From the NCBI GenBank assembly GCA_009103225.1, contig RHPI01003389.1:601162-665161 (forward strand): a DNA stretch of 64,000 bases. Reading direction: 5' to 3'. Position numbers and translations under genes: made by a program. Under the pieces are notes generated by a model. The model made no database searches and had not been told where the DNA came from. It saw nothing but the letters and a program-made list of their open reading frames with translations. This DNA is from Chlorokybus atmophyticus (lineage: Eukaryota > Plantae > Mesostigma and Chlorokybus algae). Below are positions 50,077 to 63,137 of this stretch, piece by piece. Every line of letters starts with the position of its first letter. Position 1 is the first letter of the stretch.

Positions 50077-53000
50077 ATGAACGGCAGCCACGGCGACGGC
50101 GGCAATGACGCCGCCGTCGTCGTCGTCGTCGTCGTCGCTGCGGAGGTGGAGGCCTCCAGGGTCAGCGTGCTTGCGGGGAAGGGGGAGGGTGGCAATGCCG
50201 TCCAGGCGGCGGCGGAGCTACGAAACAATGGCGTACTGACCGTCCGCAGGTCCGCCGACGGCGCCGTGCTGCTCTCTGCGCCTGTCGCTGATACAGAGGT
50301 GAGTTTGTTGGCCATCAGTTGGCCATCATCGCAGCTGTGCGTGGTGTCCTCATGCTTAGGGATTCGGTTGCGTCTTGCGGTTGTGCTGGAGGATAGAAGG
50401 ATATTGCAGGAGGCACTGTTGCTTAGCTGTGTGGAGTTCATTTCTCATGCCTATGGTTTGCCATGTGATAGACAACGTCTTTGTTCGTCGGAGCGTGTGC
50501 ACTTGCCCATACTTGCTCAAAGCGTCGAGCATTGTGTGCGCTTGCATGCCAGCTCAGATTGAGACCAGCCTGGTGTGTGGAATAGCCTGTGTTGCCATGG
50601 CAGTCCGTGCACAGTTGCAGTCGTTTGCAGAGAGCTTTTGCAGCCAAACTCTCAGTGGCTATGCATTGACTCCATATTCTGTGCTGCAGTTCATGCTTGC
50701 GCCGCAACATTGTGGCATACATCAACGTCTGGTCAACGGCTTCCTTGTGACTAAAGCTTGCCGTGACTGCCACTCATCCTTTTGCTTTGCAGTGGATGCG
50801 ATTGGGCCCCTCGATGCAACTATGGAACAATCCGTCAGCTGCTGATGTAAGTTTGCAAAATGTGTTTTGGTGATGATGTTGCGTTGTCAGGCTTGGGCCA
50901 TCGCTCCAGCTATCATACTTTTCTGTGTCCAATGCAGCAGCTGCATGCAGTTGATGTTTGTTCATGCTGTTTGTAGCTGTGCCTACATGCGAGCGGCTGC
51001 CCCTCATGTGGTTCCTACAGCAACTGTGCCAACAATTATGATCTCGTCGTGTTTGTGTCCAACATGTAGTGCCCTACACTGCTGCGGCGTATCTGGCTCT
51101 AGTATCTCTATAATGAGTGCACAGTGTTTCAACAAGAAGCTCGCATAAGCAAGCGGACAACACTTTAGTCTAATTGTTATTGTTATCCATGGTTGATTGT
51201 TGGCGCTGCGCTCTACAGATGCAAGTTGCATTGAAGTTTCATTCTGAGGAATCGGCTGAACTGATGGACACTGCAGTGCGAAGACTGCGTCGAAGGAATC
51301 ATGCAGGTGCCAGGTTTGACATTCGTGTTTGGTGAGTAGCCCATCTTGTAGCTACTCCAACAGTACCACATAGTGTATGTATCCATTGGTGATGTTGGGC
51401 ATGCACATGTTGCAAAGAACAGTACGAAACATACCTGGCTCCTTCATGCTCAGGAACCCAGCAAGGTGACTCCAGTGATACGTTTGATGCACGAACCGAG
51501 GCTTCATGCGCGGAGCAGTACTTCCAGTACTATGGCCAGCTCATGCATCAACAAAACATGCTGCAAGACTTTGTTCGCACAGGTGAAGGGCACAATCATA
51601 CGCACCTGCCAGTGAAGGCAGTGTGATGGCAATTGCAATTCATGGGACTCAATCTTTGCCAAGCATGTTGCATTCACATTCGTGGTATCTCATACAACAT
51701 GTTCACGGCATTCTGTGCTACTGAAGTGTCTTGCTGTAGCACATCACACATACAGCGCGTCGATAAAAGTACTTTGTGCAGGCGCGGAGTGGGTAGTCTA
51801 ACATAGTGCTCATTGCGACAGGCACCTACTACTCTGCTGTGCTTGAGAACCCTCAGGATTTTGCGGGCAAGCTTGTGCTTGACGTTGGTGCTGGCTCCGG
51901 TATTCTGTCGTTCTTCGCGGCTCAAGCGGGTGCGAAGAAAGTCTATGCAGTGGAGGCATCGGACATGGCACAGTACGCGAAGACACTTGCCATGTCCAAT
52001 GGAGACGTGGGCTCAAAGATAGAGGTGCTTCACAAACGGGTTGAAGCCGTTGAGTTACCACAAAAGGTGGATGTTATCATCTCAGAGCCTATGGGCATTC
52101 TGCTATTCAATGAGCGCATGCTGGAGTCATATCTGGTAGCGCGAGACAAGCACTTGAAGCCTGGAGGTCTAATGTTTCCGGCCATTGGACGAATACACCT
52201 TGCTCCCTTTTCCGATGATGCCCTATTTGCAGAAGTGGCAGCCAAGGCACAGTTCTGGCAGACTTCAAACTTTTACGGGGTTGATCTTACACCGCTGTAC
52301 AATGAAGCAAGTGAGGGCTACTTCTCACAGCCAGTTGTCGATGCCTTCGACCCTGCGCTGCTTATCGCGCAACCAATTGCCCACACAACAGACTTTCGTA
52401 CGGCTTCACTGGAAGACCTTCAAGAGATTCGCGTTCCCTTCTCATTCATTGCGCAGGCGAACAGTTGGGTACATGGCCTGGCTTGCTGGTTTGACGTGCT
52501 GTTTGATGGAAGGTCAGTGCATTTGTGCACTGCATCAGCTTTGCATTGCGCTGATCCTTCTAGTGCATGTCATGGCTTATGCATGACGATGAGAGATGTT
52601 GTGTCTGTAGATGCAGGCAGCACGTTGGTTGCGTGTCTGACCTTGTTTATTTTGGCGAACAGCCAGGCCCAAAGATGCCTTTCAACAGCACCGGGACTAC
52701 CGACGACGCATTGGTTCCAGCTGCGATGCCTGCTTATGAGGCCATTGACGGTCGCAGAAGGGCAAGCCATCACCGGAACAATGGTGCTTAAAGCCCACAG
52801 CCGTCAAAGCTATGACATTCAGCTTGAGATGGCAACAGCCCAAGGAGCACAAACAGCGTACGGGACGTACAACCTCAAGGAGCCATATTACCGACAGGCC
52901 ATGTCTTACTACAACCAATTGCTGCAACAGCAGCAGCAGCAGTGGCAGCAGCAGTATCAAGGTTACCAGCAACAGTTGCAGCAGCTGCAGCAGCCTGTAG

Positions 53001-53125
53001 CAGCAGTCAACGCCGCTTGGCAGCAACCCAGAACACAACCGCAGCAGTTCAAACAGCACGCGCAACAACATTCATTTGAAGGCGGCTATACCGCCACCGA
53101 GTATAGCAATGACCAAAGATGGTAG
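50077..53125 (+). CDS. CARM1: Histone-arginine methyltransferase CARM1/PRMT4
   Basis: [21 protein letters not shown]|[34 protein letters not shown] loop, NLKEPYYR, Q-rich tail. Intron at ~52512-52664. Confidence 0.95.
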
Positions 53126-54453
53126 AGCAACCCTTAGGAGCCAAATAGGTAAAGGCGTACAGGTTTGCTACCTGATACTGGCATGGCAGTTTCAGAGAAG
53201 CTGGTCAGATTGGAGCCGCATGTTGAGACAGGCAGCTGGAAGCGTGTCCGGTCTAATTTAGCACGACTGCTTCCGCATGCAGGTTGTTTCACTGAGGCTG
53301 TCTCATTGCAATCAACAACATTGGCAGAGCTTGCACAGAACGATGCTACCGTTCAAATGGCTCAAACAACAACAGCCCCGCGCATATCCTGTACGCCTTA
53401 TGACAGCAAAGTTGTTACAGCACACAATGGCAGAAAGGTCGTGTGGTCATCGCCGTCATCTTGTCTATCAGTGGGTGCACGCAAGTTATATGTCACTTAT
53501 ATTATTATCACGCATGCAATGGGTTGGAGTGTGAGACGCGAGTAGGCGGGGCTGACACGGCGGCTGACTTGCAGGTATATAGGCTTAGCTGAGAGGCAAA
53601 GCATGCAAAGCAATACGCATAGCACCCACGGCGGCTGATTTGCGGGTACATGGTAGAATAGAGAAAGGGGCCACAAAGCAAGGACACGCATACCACACAT
53701 TGCATAAACCACAGCCATAACCAATCACTATAACAATTACACTCTACCTATACTTAGCTATGGGGGCTGGTGCCTACATGCAAAATGCAGCAGGCAGGTA
53801 GCAGCATGTCAGCAAGGCATGGGATGTGTAGCCTGTCTGCTGCGTGTCCCGCCACAACTGCAATTGCATGAATGTCAGTATTGATAGAGTTAATGGCGTT
53901 TGGAGCCTACCACTGCTGCCACTGGTGACACTTGGTCGGTTGGTTGCATTGGGTTTACTAACCTTCTGACGGGTTGATACAGTGTTTGCTGTTCAATCTT
54001 TAACTCACAGCAAAATTCCTGTTGGGTATGGGCTTTGTGTAGTGCAAGATATGCACCAGAGTGTGTTGCACAGAATGGCTTGCATTCGTGGCATTGTTCA
54101 GATATGCTGACTCCAATAACGGCAATTTGGAAAGGCCCTAGCCACTGCGTAACATGGTGGCCTACGCTCATGGTGTTCACTGAGATCAACAGGCACAGGC
54201 TCATGCAACCTCCATATGCAGTTGAAGCCAAGAGTTGAATTAAGACAACTGTGATACCGCATGGCAACAACTTTGATGAGCAAAGGCACACGAGACTGCA
54301 GCTGAACAAGATATGGCAGCCCAATTCATCGCAGGTAAATATGCTACCAATTAGCAGCATGCAGCGATGACTGCACAGGATAGCTACGCAACCAGTTTGT
54401 ACAATACATATGTATATATATGGCCTAATGGTTTCTTGCAGCATTTACGCTTC

Positions 54454-57400
54454 TCAAACCAAGTCAAGAATCTTGATGTTCCCCAGAGAATTGGCAGCTA
54501 CCAGACTGCTGTTGCCCTTGAAGCACACACTGGAAACAAACTGGCCAGCATCATCCTCGGTCTCCAGGCCAGTGACTGGGTCAGCATTGCGAAAGCGATA
54601 GGAGGTGACAGGCATTGGCAATGACTTGTAATACACAAAAACCTGCAGAAACCCTTGATGTTAATAGAACAGAATCGTGTAGGCGGCAGAGGATACAAGC
54701 CAAGTACGCTTACCCCATTGCTCTCTGACCCGCAAGCAATGTAGCCATCTGAGTTGGCAGCAAGCCCCACAAAGTTCTGCAACAGGGTACCAGTCAGGAC
54801 CAGAAGAAAGGAGCGCAAGGACGTGATTGTTGTCGGACTTCTTACCTTCTCATTGGTATGGCCTGTGAACGTGCGCTCACACTCCACATGCCCTTCCATT
54901 GAAGCTTTGTGCACATCCCACAACTTCAATGTGTTGTCGGTGGACGCACTGACCAGGGTGTGTCCATCTAGCCATTTCACGTAGGACACTGCCTTTTGAT
55001 GACCCCCAAGCACTGACAACGGCCTTCCAAGGCAACGCAGGTCATAGACAAACACCTGCAGAGACAGCGGGTCAGGACAGCTTACAACATGACGAAACAG
55101 CTGAAGCGCTCACGTGTCACATGTCAAACCTTATAGTCAGCAGAACCGAAGGCCACTACATTCGTGGAGTCAGGTGCAAAGTTGACACAGCACAAATTGG
55201 CCTTGCCCTCAATAGTTGCGCAGCTGGACTCCTGGGATATACTCCATATTTTGACTCGCCCATCATCACTTGCACTTGCCAAGCGGGTAGGATCCACTCT
55301 GGAAAAGTCCACACTCCACACGCGCTTGCTATGCTCTGACAACTCCATCAGCGACGTTCCTACTGTTGCATCCCAAAGCTGCACGACAGGCACAATGTTT
55401 GCATGAAGTCGCATTCAGAGTGCAATGACTGCATCATTGCCAGGTGCAACTCTGCAAGGTAACTTGTGACCACCAACCTGGACAACTCCTTCATAATCGC
55501 TCGAAGCTACATGAGACTTGATGTAGCTGTTCCAGCAAAGTGAGGCCAGCTTTGCCCTTGTGCTCATCTCCAGCACAGGGTAGTGGATGTCAACACGCTC
55601 ACTAACTACACTCTTGTAGTCAAAAATCTTGATGCGCCGGCACACACCGGCAGTGGCAAAGTACTCTTCATCCCGATCAAAACCAATTGAACACACCATG
55701 TTGGCGGAGTTCAGCAAATCACCATGTTTGAGTGCAGCACGAACTTCCAGAGAGGTGTGTTTGGAAAACTTGCGTAGATCTTCCGAGAAGGCGCCGAGCC
55801 GATCAAATCCGCCATCTTGAAGGGAGAAACCTGATGCATCCCCCACAAGGGAATGAGACTGTCCTCCACTAGTTGCTGTTAGCGTGCGGACATAATCCGA
55901 ATCCGAGCTCCTTGAACTGTGAGAGAGGCGCTGCCTGAACTGCTGCTTTGAACCGCCATGATGGCTTGACTGCTGCTGCAACCTGCGGTAGATGCCCTCA
56001 AAATACGCTGCCTCCAGCTGCTTGAAATTGCGGCTGATGTGGGCAGCTTGCGGGTCTTTAAGGTCCAGATGAGAAGAGCTGGCAGTTGATGTACCGTCCT
56101 GCAATTTCCGACGTTTTCCTAATGGCTGAGGCTCAGAATTGCTGGCACGCGCTCGCTTGGCTGCCTGCAAAGCAGCTTTTCTCCGCTCAATCTCCGCCAT
56201 GTCTGCACTGAGGAAGGCTATGTCTCGCTTGATGGCCTCAATCTGCTTCACCTTCTGCATATGCATGTGCTGCAAAAACTCGCGCAGAACCTGCATCATT
56301 GCATACCGCATCAGTACCACAAATACCACAAGCAACATCTGCGCAATGAATTGTCGTACATACCTCACACTCTTCTTCACGCTCTTCAACATCAAGCAAC
56401 TGCTGTCGCTCTTTCAACTGCGGCTCAATGCTTCTGATAAGATCTCCATTTAGAACAGCAAAGGCCGTGGGCCGAGAAGTAGGCTCTGGGTGCAGGAGCC
56501 AGAGTACAAGAGTCACTTCTTTGTGGAAGCTGCGAAGGAGCGCGGGAGGCACAATCCGATATCGCAGTTCTCCCATCAACCGGACCCAATCTGCATCGCT
56601 CTGGGCGGGGCAGATCAACTCGAAAAACAGTACACCAGCACTATACATATTTGACATAGACGTCACGCTCTGCCCGGCAAGCTCCTCAGGGCTGCAATAA
56701 GATGTCTCTATTGAGGGCAGGGACCCTTCTGGCAGCTTGCTCACACTCTTGAAGGTTGCGCGATGCGACGGTGATAACTCAATTAGAGAGGGGTTGAGGT
56801 GCCGAATGACATTGCCTTTGCAGTGCTCTTGCTCCATCACTTGCAACACCTGGTAAAAAATGTACAGCGACTGTACCCGGTCAACGGTTTGTCGTCTCTG
56901 CGACAGCCACTGCCGAAGAGTTCCTCCTGTAGCAGGATTGGGAGAACCTGCTGCCCGCATAAACAAACTAGATCAGTGTAAGAACTGGACAGCGCACCAG
57001 GCAATTCTACATATCATGCTGCACCAAAAGCAGAAAAGAACCGAGTGGAGCGGCATGTGTCCTTGCACTAACGGGCAGTTTACCAACAGAAACTCGCCCC
57101 GGAACAAACAAGATGACCCGCCAAGTGCAACCAGAAGGACAAAGCATGGAGAGCAACACGACACCTCACTGCGCAGGCGCAGAAGCACAAGTGCCCGCAC
57201 CTTGATAGCCACATTTTCGCAGAAGATTTCCAACGAGCAGCCTAGAGACGCGCTTCTCATCTACCAAGCGTTCACTGGCGTCTGCCGGATGGGGGGCAGG
57301 GGGAGCGCCTTGGATGCAACACGCTTCTTCTACAGAGCTCTCTAAGCTTTGGGGCTGTGCGGCTGCGACGGCTGCAGCAGGCGGCACGGAGGCCACAGCT

Positions 57401-57507
57401 GCAGCCGTCGCAGACGCCTCAGGCGACCGCACGCTGGGCGACGACGGCGAATCCGCCGGTAACGACGCCAACACTACCGTTGAGGCGTCCATTCTGACAG
57501 CTCTCAT
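54454..57507 (-). CDS. SPA: SPA1-family protein (kinase-like domain, coiled coil, WD40)
   Basis: [37 protein letters not shown], coiled coil, then COP1/SPA-type WD40 ([30 protein letters not shown]|NFVG, IKILDLV*). The kinase-like N-terminus and lack of RING indicate SPA rather than COP1. Start codon tentative. Confidence 0.92.
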
Positions 57508-60500
57508 TCCAAACCGGCATTCCCGACCCGCATCCCTGGCGGCGGCTCTCAAAGTCAAGCCGCACGACCATGCGGTGGGCACCGCCAACCCCGTCGGCGC
57601 CACCACGCCAGCCCACGCCAGAAACCCCAGCTCCCAACTTTGCCGCCGCTGCTCCTCCTCCGCCCGGCGCCTATCCTTTCAGTAAAGCCCCGTAAGGTTT
57701 TCAAGGCATCGACGTCGCCAACCCTAATGCCCCCGCCAACCCCGCCACCGCCGCCGCCGCCGCCGATGCCACCACCTTCACCTTTGCTAACCAGCAGTAT
57801 CGTGCTCTAAAAGTTGCGTTATTCGGTACTTCAAATACTTGAAACTTAAGACTTTCATGCGAGACGCTGCCGTCCACCACCCTGGCGCCGAGATTGCAAA
57901 CCGCGCTGACATGTTTGGTAGAGGTCAGTGACCGACATGGTTAGGGTTTAGATAGGCCTGGTTAACTAGGTAAGGCCAAACATGGCCTGATCATTAAATG
58001 TACAAGCTAGAGTCTTGCCTGGATTAGCTGGTCCACAATGTGGACTCCACATGCCGCCACCTACGAGAGCATGTTTTGCACACTACATGTAACATGAGAG
58101 CTGCGTATTTAAATACCGGTACATCTATGCTAGGGGTAGTACTGGTATTCATGTTGATGCACGATATATATGTATATAGTATAATGTTGTATATGTATAG
58201 CATGCATGATTTGTTCATTTTATTGCGTGATGCTGAAAATCACATAATGCGTATGCAAGCAAAAGTGTCAATACGTAATATTATTGATTAACACATACGT
58301 TGGCGCACATATACGCCCATTACGTGCTACAAAATTTGTATAAGCTAACATAACCTATCGTTTGTGTCATAAACATATTATACTGCCATGCATCCGGAGC
58401 AATTAACTCACCGGCCTCGCTATTCATGCATGTTTAATCGCAAGCAAAAATTGAGGTCTCAACAAGTATAAAATTCTTTTTAACAATAATTTCATCGACC
58501 TTAAGACACGAGCCGTAAAGCATGACGTGCGTGTGCGTAACCTCAACCGTTGTTGACTTTGACTACTACTTGCATTGATGCGAGCTTCACTATTACCTGT
58601 TTTTAAAACTATTCAACAGTTTAAACTTCAACTTCAACTTCAACTCGTATCAATACTACCTTCCATATAAAGGGTGGGTATGTTGTGACAGCGATGTATT
58701 CATAGCGTTTAATATTAGTAGGACTCGTGACCCACTTGTAATAATAAGAGCACTGATAAGTTATGGAAACAAGGCTCGGCCTGTACATGTTGTACTTTAC
58801 CGTGTATGGTTCATGTTGGTGTGGCCAACGACACCTAACGAGCAAGACATGTTCAATGCGCGTTTTGTTTGTCCATGCGTATTCATAACTGATTGTGTGT
58901 GTATCTGCTTGTTGGACGCGAGTTGAGTGGCAGCGGTCAACGCTAAGTAGCGCGAATGATACGACGTGCCCGGCCTGCGGCCAGCTGGGGCAATTGTCGG
59001 CTTGCCGGCTTTTAGGCAGCTTTTCGACAAAAAGTTTCTGACGGTTTCGCCACAGTTACGATAACATGCGCCACGACGTCGGTGTGCGTGGCGGCCACGC
59101 ACACCATATCGCTACAGGCTACTTACAGCCGCTGGATGAACTATTATAATCAAGGCCTGGATGGCAGCCACGCAGCTAGGTAACCGGCAGTTGACCACTG
59201 AAAGCGTCTCATCATCAGCAACAGCTTGGCAGCTTGGCAACGGCAGTCGTGGCCGCCTAAGGTATTCGCAATCGATCCAGTTGGGCAGAATCAAGACCTG
59301 CGCGGCGCCAAACTTACGTGCAAACTTTCCGCCAGGCCTTTTTGGGGCGCGAAAGTCCGCTTGCTGTCAGCAACGCGCAGCGACGTGGCGCGCGGACGGC
59401 GCAGCAGTTTGTCAGCAGCCGTGTTGCATTTTGCCGTGCGGTAAGTTTGGGCCTCGCGCTTGGAAGTTTAGGCCTCGCATGCCTACACGCGAGCAGCCAT
59501 GAGGTAGGGTCCCTAACTGAGAGGCGGTAAAGTAACAGGTTTTGGACTACCAGTGCTGTATCAAAGACAGCACATTACATGATACAGTGAGGCTGCGTGA
59601 GCAAGTGTAGTTTAGCATGTCAATGCGGCATCCGCAAGATTCAATCACATCAACACATGATACTGTTATTATTCAAGTTGTGCCATTAAGATTGAAGATA
59701 CATCGACACGAGCTATATCCTTTTAAACTATTTCATTATAATATTAAACTAAAAAAATAAGCAAAAAATGTGATTTCTTATGTATTGAATACACTATCAT
59801 CATAATTATTGATACAATATTCGAGTCTAATTACATCGACCTTTCGTTGATTAAGCTTTTCTACATTGTTCAACATGAATTCATGTTAAATAAGCACTGC
59901 GCAATGACTGCACACATGTAGTACTCATACTTTATGTTAAACATAACCATTAACCTAAAACAAGGTAGACAATGGTGATGAGCAGCTATATTCAAGCTAT
60001 GATATGTTAGGCCAAATTTACATATCATTTGTACACATTGTTGCGTCAACTTGTCATTTGCAACAAGGAGTTGAAGTAATTCCCTCACTCGTTGATAGAC
60101 ACACGAAAACCTATAGTATTTGATATCATATGATAGCTGTTTTGCGCATGGAAGCAAATATCTGACAGTAAGTAAACAACAAATATTCCATACATCATGT
60201 TAAAATATGTCTTGCATACATAACGCATTGCACCAATGTTTATTGTTGACGACCAAATGGTATTTAAGTGCTCCACTAATTGTACATTGCAAACATTACG
60301 CATGGCAACTCATGTTATCGCATTATCCTTCTTTCACAAATCTGTGATGTTCGTACACATATGCATGTTGACATCATGCGCAACCATAACATTGCATGTC
60401 ATTTGGATGACAGGTGCAATGTTGACTGGTGCAACGCGCTAACATGTGCATGGGGGACGGCTGCCTAGATGGGGCCAACCTCTACCTTCTGATATGCTGC

Positions 60501-60621
60501 GCTTTGCATATTAAAACCCGATGCCCGCTTGCCACACACTGCGGCCGAATCTACTTAACGTATCCAATCTACGTTCTGCAGCTAATATTATAAGTCTGAT
60601 CTTGTTTGATTTGTTGGGTGT

Positions 60622-61128
60622 GATTGCGAATTGGGATGAATTGTGACAAACCTCACTCATGGTAGTGTCTTTTACTACCATAGCCTACTGGTCCGGCCCC
60701 AATTGTTACAATGGTAACGGAGCTTGACGTCTCAGCCTCAATTCCCGTAGGGACTTGAGGCGGATCCAAGGCAAAAACAAAAACATTTGGGGGGGCTTGC
60801 CCTAGGCTGGGCGCGGGATCACGACTTGCGCGCCGAGCCAGTTCAACATAGGCCGCGTGAGCGGTCGCGCTGCGATGGCAGGTCGCGCGTTGAGGATGGC
60901 CGTTCGGTCGGTCAGGACCGTTCGTGGGCTGGATTTAATAGGCCGCGAGCAGACCGATCGTAATACGGCCGCGAACACGGCGACATGGGCTAGTGCCTCA
61001 TTGGATTATCAGGACCTCATGGGTTAAATTGGGGAGGAATGTCACAAATTGGGATAAATTGTGACAGACCTCACTCATGGTATTGTCTTTTACTACCATA
61101 GCCTAGTGGTCAGGCCCCAATTGTTACA
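60622..61128 (+). mobile_element. TRIM (miniature LTR retrotransposon), 507 bp
   Basis: 89-bp direct repeats (60622-60710, 61040-61128), PBS-like TGGTAACGGAGC after the 5' repeat, PPT GGGGAGGAA before the 3' repeat, and a GGTGT TSD on both sides. Confidence 0.85.
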
Positions 61129-61422
61129 GGTGTTAAGTGTTTTAACTCTTTGTCGGCCCCCACTTAATCTTATGCGTTGGCCTTGATGCCTTGCTCTTGC
61201 ACTGCTACCTCGTTTTACTATAGAGTTTGATATACGTAACTCTTGTGTGTTACGTATGACACCGTAAGTGGATCAAGCCGGTAGCCATTCCGCTATAAAT
61301 GGCTTGCAGTACAGCTCTGCTGCCGGCGGGTCTCACAAAACGACGCACAGGACCGGTACAAGACATGCCGGCCGCTATAGCTGCGCCATTTTCACACAGC
61401 ATACCTGCCACACCTCCCCTCC

Positions 61423-61710
61423 NNNNNNNNNNNNNNNNNNNNNNNNNNNNNNNNNNNNNNNNNNNNNNNNNNNNNNNNNNNNNNNNNNNNNNNNNNNNNN
61501 NNNNNNNNNNNNNNNNNNNNNNNNNNNNNNNNNNNNNNNNNNNNNNNNNNNNNNNNNNNNNNNNNNNNNNNNNNNNNNNNNNNNNNNNNNNNNNNNNNNN
61601 NNNNNNNNNNNNNNNNNNNNNNNNNNNNNNNNNNNNNNNNNNNNNNNNNNNNNNNNNNNNNNNNNNNNNNNNNNNNNNNNNNNNNNNNNNNNNNNNNNNN
61701 NNNNNNNNNN
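61423..61710. other. Assembly gap (288 N) followed by a poly-C run
   Basis: Directly visible. Confidence 1.
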
Positions 61711-62227
61711 CCCCCCCCCCCCCCCCCCCCCCCCCCCCCTTCCCTTCGATTGACGTCCTTGCCGGCCCGGTGCAAGCATTGCCTAATCTCCGCCACCTGG
61801 TGCTCAGGTTTGCATGCTGCTTCGCCTTCTCCTACTTCTACACTTTGCTACCAGCACATAGCCGAGCATGCCCATGCCATTGCCTTGATAGTTTATCTCT
61901 GCATCACACAAGTGTGTTAATGAGCTGCCTGCGTAATGGTGTCTGTGTGCAGCATGTGTGTGCGTGCGTGCGTGCGTGTTTGCATCATGTGCAGCATGCA
62001 GCACGTGCGTGCATGTGTGTGAGTGTGTGCAGCATGTGTAGCATGCAGGTGTGCGCGTGTGTGCAGCAAAGGCAGCATGCAGCATGTGCGTGCATGAGTG
62101 TGAGTATGCGCTGCATGTCTGTGCGCGTGTATGTGTGTGCGTTCACATGTGTGTGCAGCACGTGTGCCCGTGTGAGTGAGTGTCTACGTGTGTGAGTTTG
62201 TGCGAAACACAGCCTGTTGCAACATAC

Positions 62228-62986
62228 CTTTTCAATGGCGTTGATAAGCTCACACGCAACGTAGGCAGCATCTTTCGTGTGACCCTCCGTGTCGACGGCA
62301 TCCAAGAACATGATGCCTTTGGGGCTGACTTGTAAGATATTCAGCAAGGGATGTTTCACATGGTCCATCCAACCATCCGATGTGATGGAGCAGCCGGTCT
62401 TCGCAATGGAAAACTGCACCTCGCTCATGCGTGCTTCAATCAATCTTTTCTCATTGGCAAGATGACTGGTGCGCAATGTACTGTAGCTGAGTGGGATACC
62501 TTGACAGCTAGGTCCATAACGAGCAACAGAGCGCATAGCTTGCTTAAAATACTTGCTTCTACTTAGGTTGAAAGGCAAGCCACCCGCATAAAACATCCAC
62601 GCTACATCCGCATCAACTTGGCTTTTGTTGCATGCTCGCAATGCTGTACGAATCACTGGCTGCGTAGATGCAGCAGCTGTGTTTTCACCCTCTACTGACG
62701 TGCTGGCATGCAACTTTGCATGCATACGCTTCTTTAATGCAACTGTTTGCTTTTGTCTTTCAACAAGCATAAGTGCAACTTTTAACTCTTTGAGCGCTAA
62801 TGGGCATGCAGCAACACCTTCCCCTACCTTGCCCAACAGATGGGCTCTAATTCTTACAACACCACCCAAGAACTCCTTATTACAAAACAGGCACTTGAAC
62901 TGCGGATGTCCTCCTGGCGCGCGTGGGGGAGCAATGATCTTCACCTTGTTCCATTCCATAATTGCATCCTTATTGCGCCGCGCCAT
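62228..62986 (-). CDS. hAT transposase, first exon (BED finger + DUF659); downstream exons not visible
   Basis: FKCLFCNKEFLGGVVRIRAHL (BED), FYAGGLPFN, SITSDGW..HPLLNI..GIMFLDAVD (first catalytic D). GT donor at 62227. Confidence 0.88.
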
Positions 62987-63128
62987 GCTAGCAAACCCAA
63001 CCCTAGCTACGTGGCGCACCCCTCAACGCTGCAACCGCCGTTAGCACCACCCTGCATTGATGCCACCACCGCCTCCGCCGCCGCCGCCATGCAAATTGAT
63101 TTTGACGCATAGTCAGATACACAACGCC

Positions 63129-63137
63129 AAACCCTAA
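63129..63137 (+). promoter_or_regulatory. Telo-box AAACCCTAA upstream of the hAT transposase
   Basis: Exact motif ~145 bp before the ATG. Function inferred from plant promoters. Confidence 0.45.

Noticed and set aside
54454-56395. Calling the WD40 gene COP1
   Set aside because: No RING domain; an upstream kinase-like domain identifies it as SPA.
59700-60450. AT-rich block as a hAT relic (IGFRVSINE*GNYFNSLL)
   Set aside because: Only one weak motif with many stops; not supportable by eye.
61268-62195. ORFs spanning the N gap and CA/GT-rich tract
   Set aside because: Artefacts of Ns, poly-C and intronic simple repeats.
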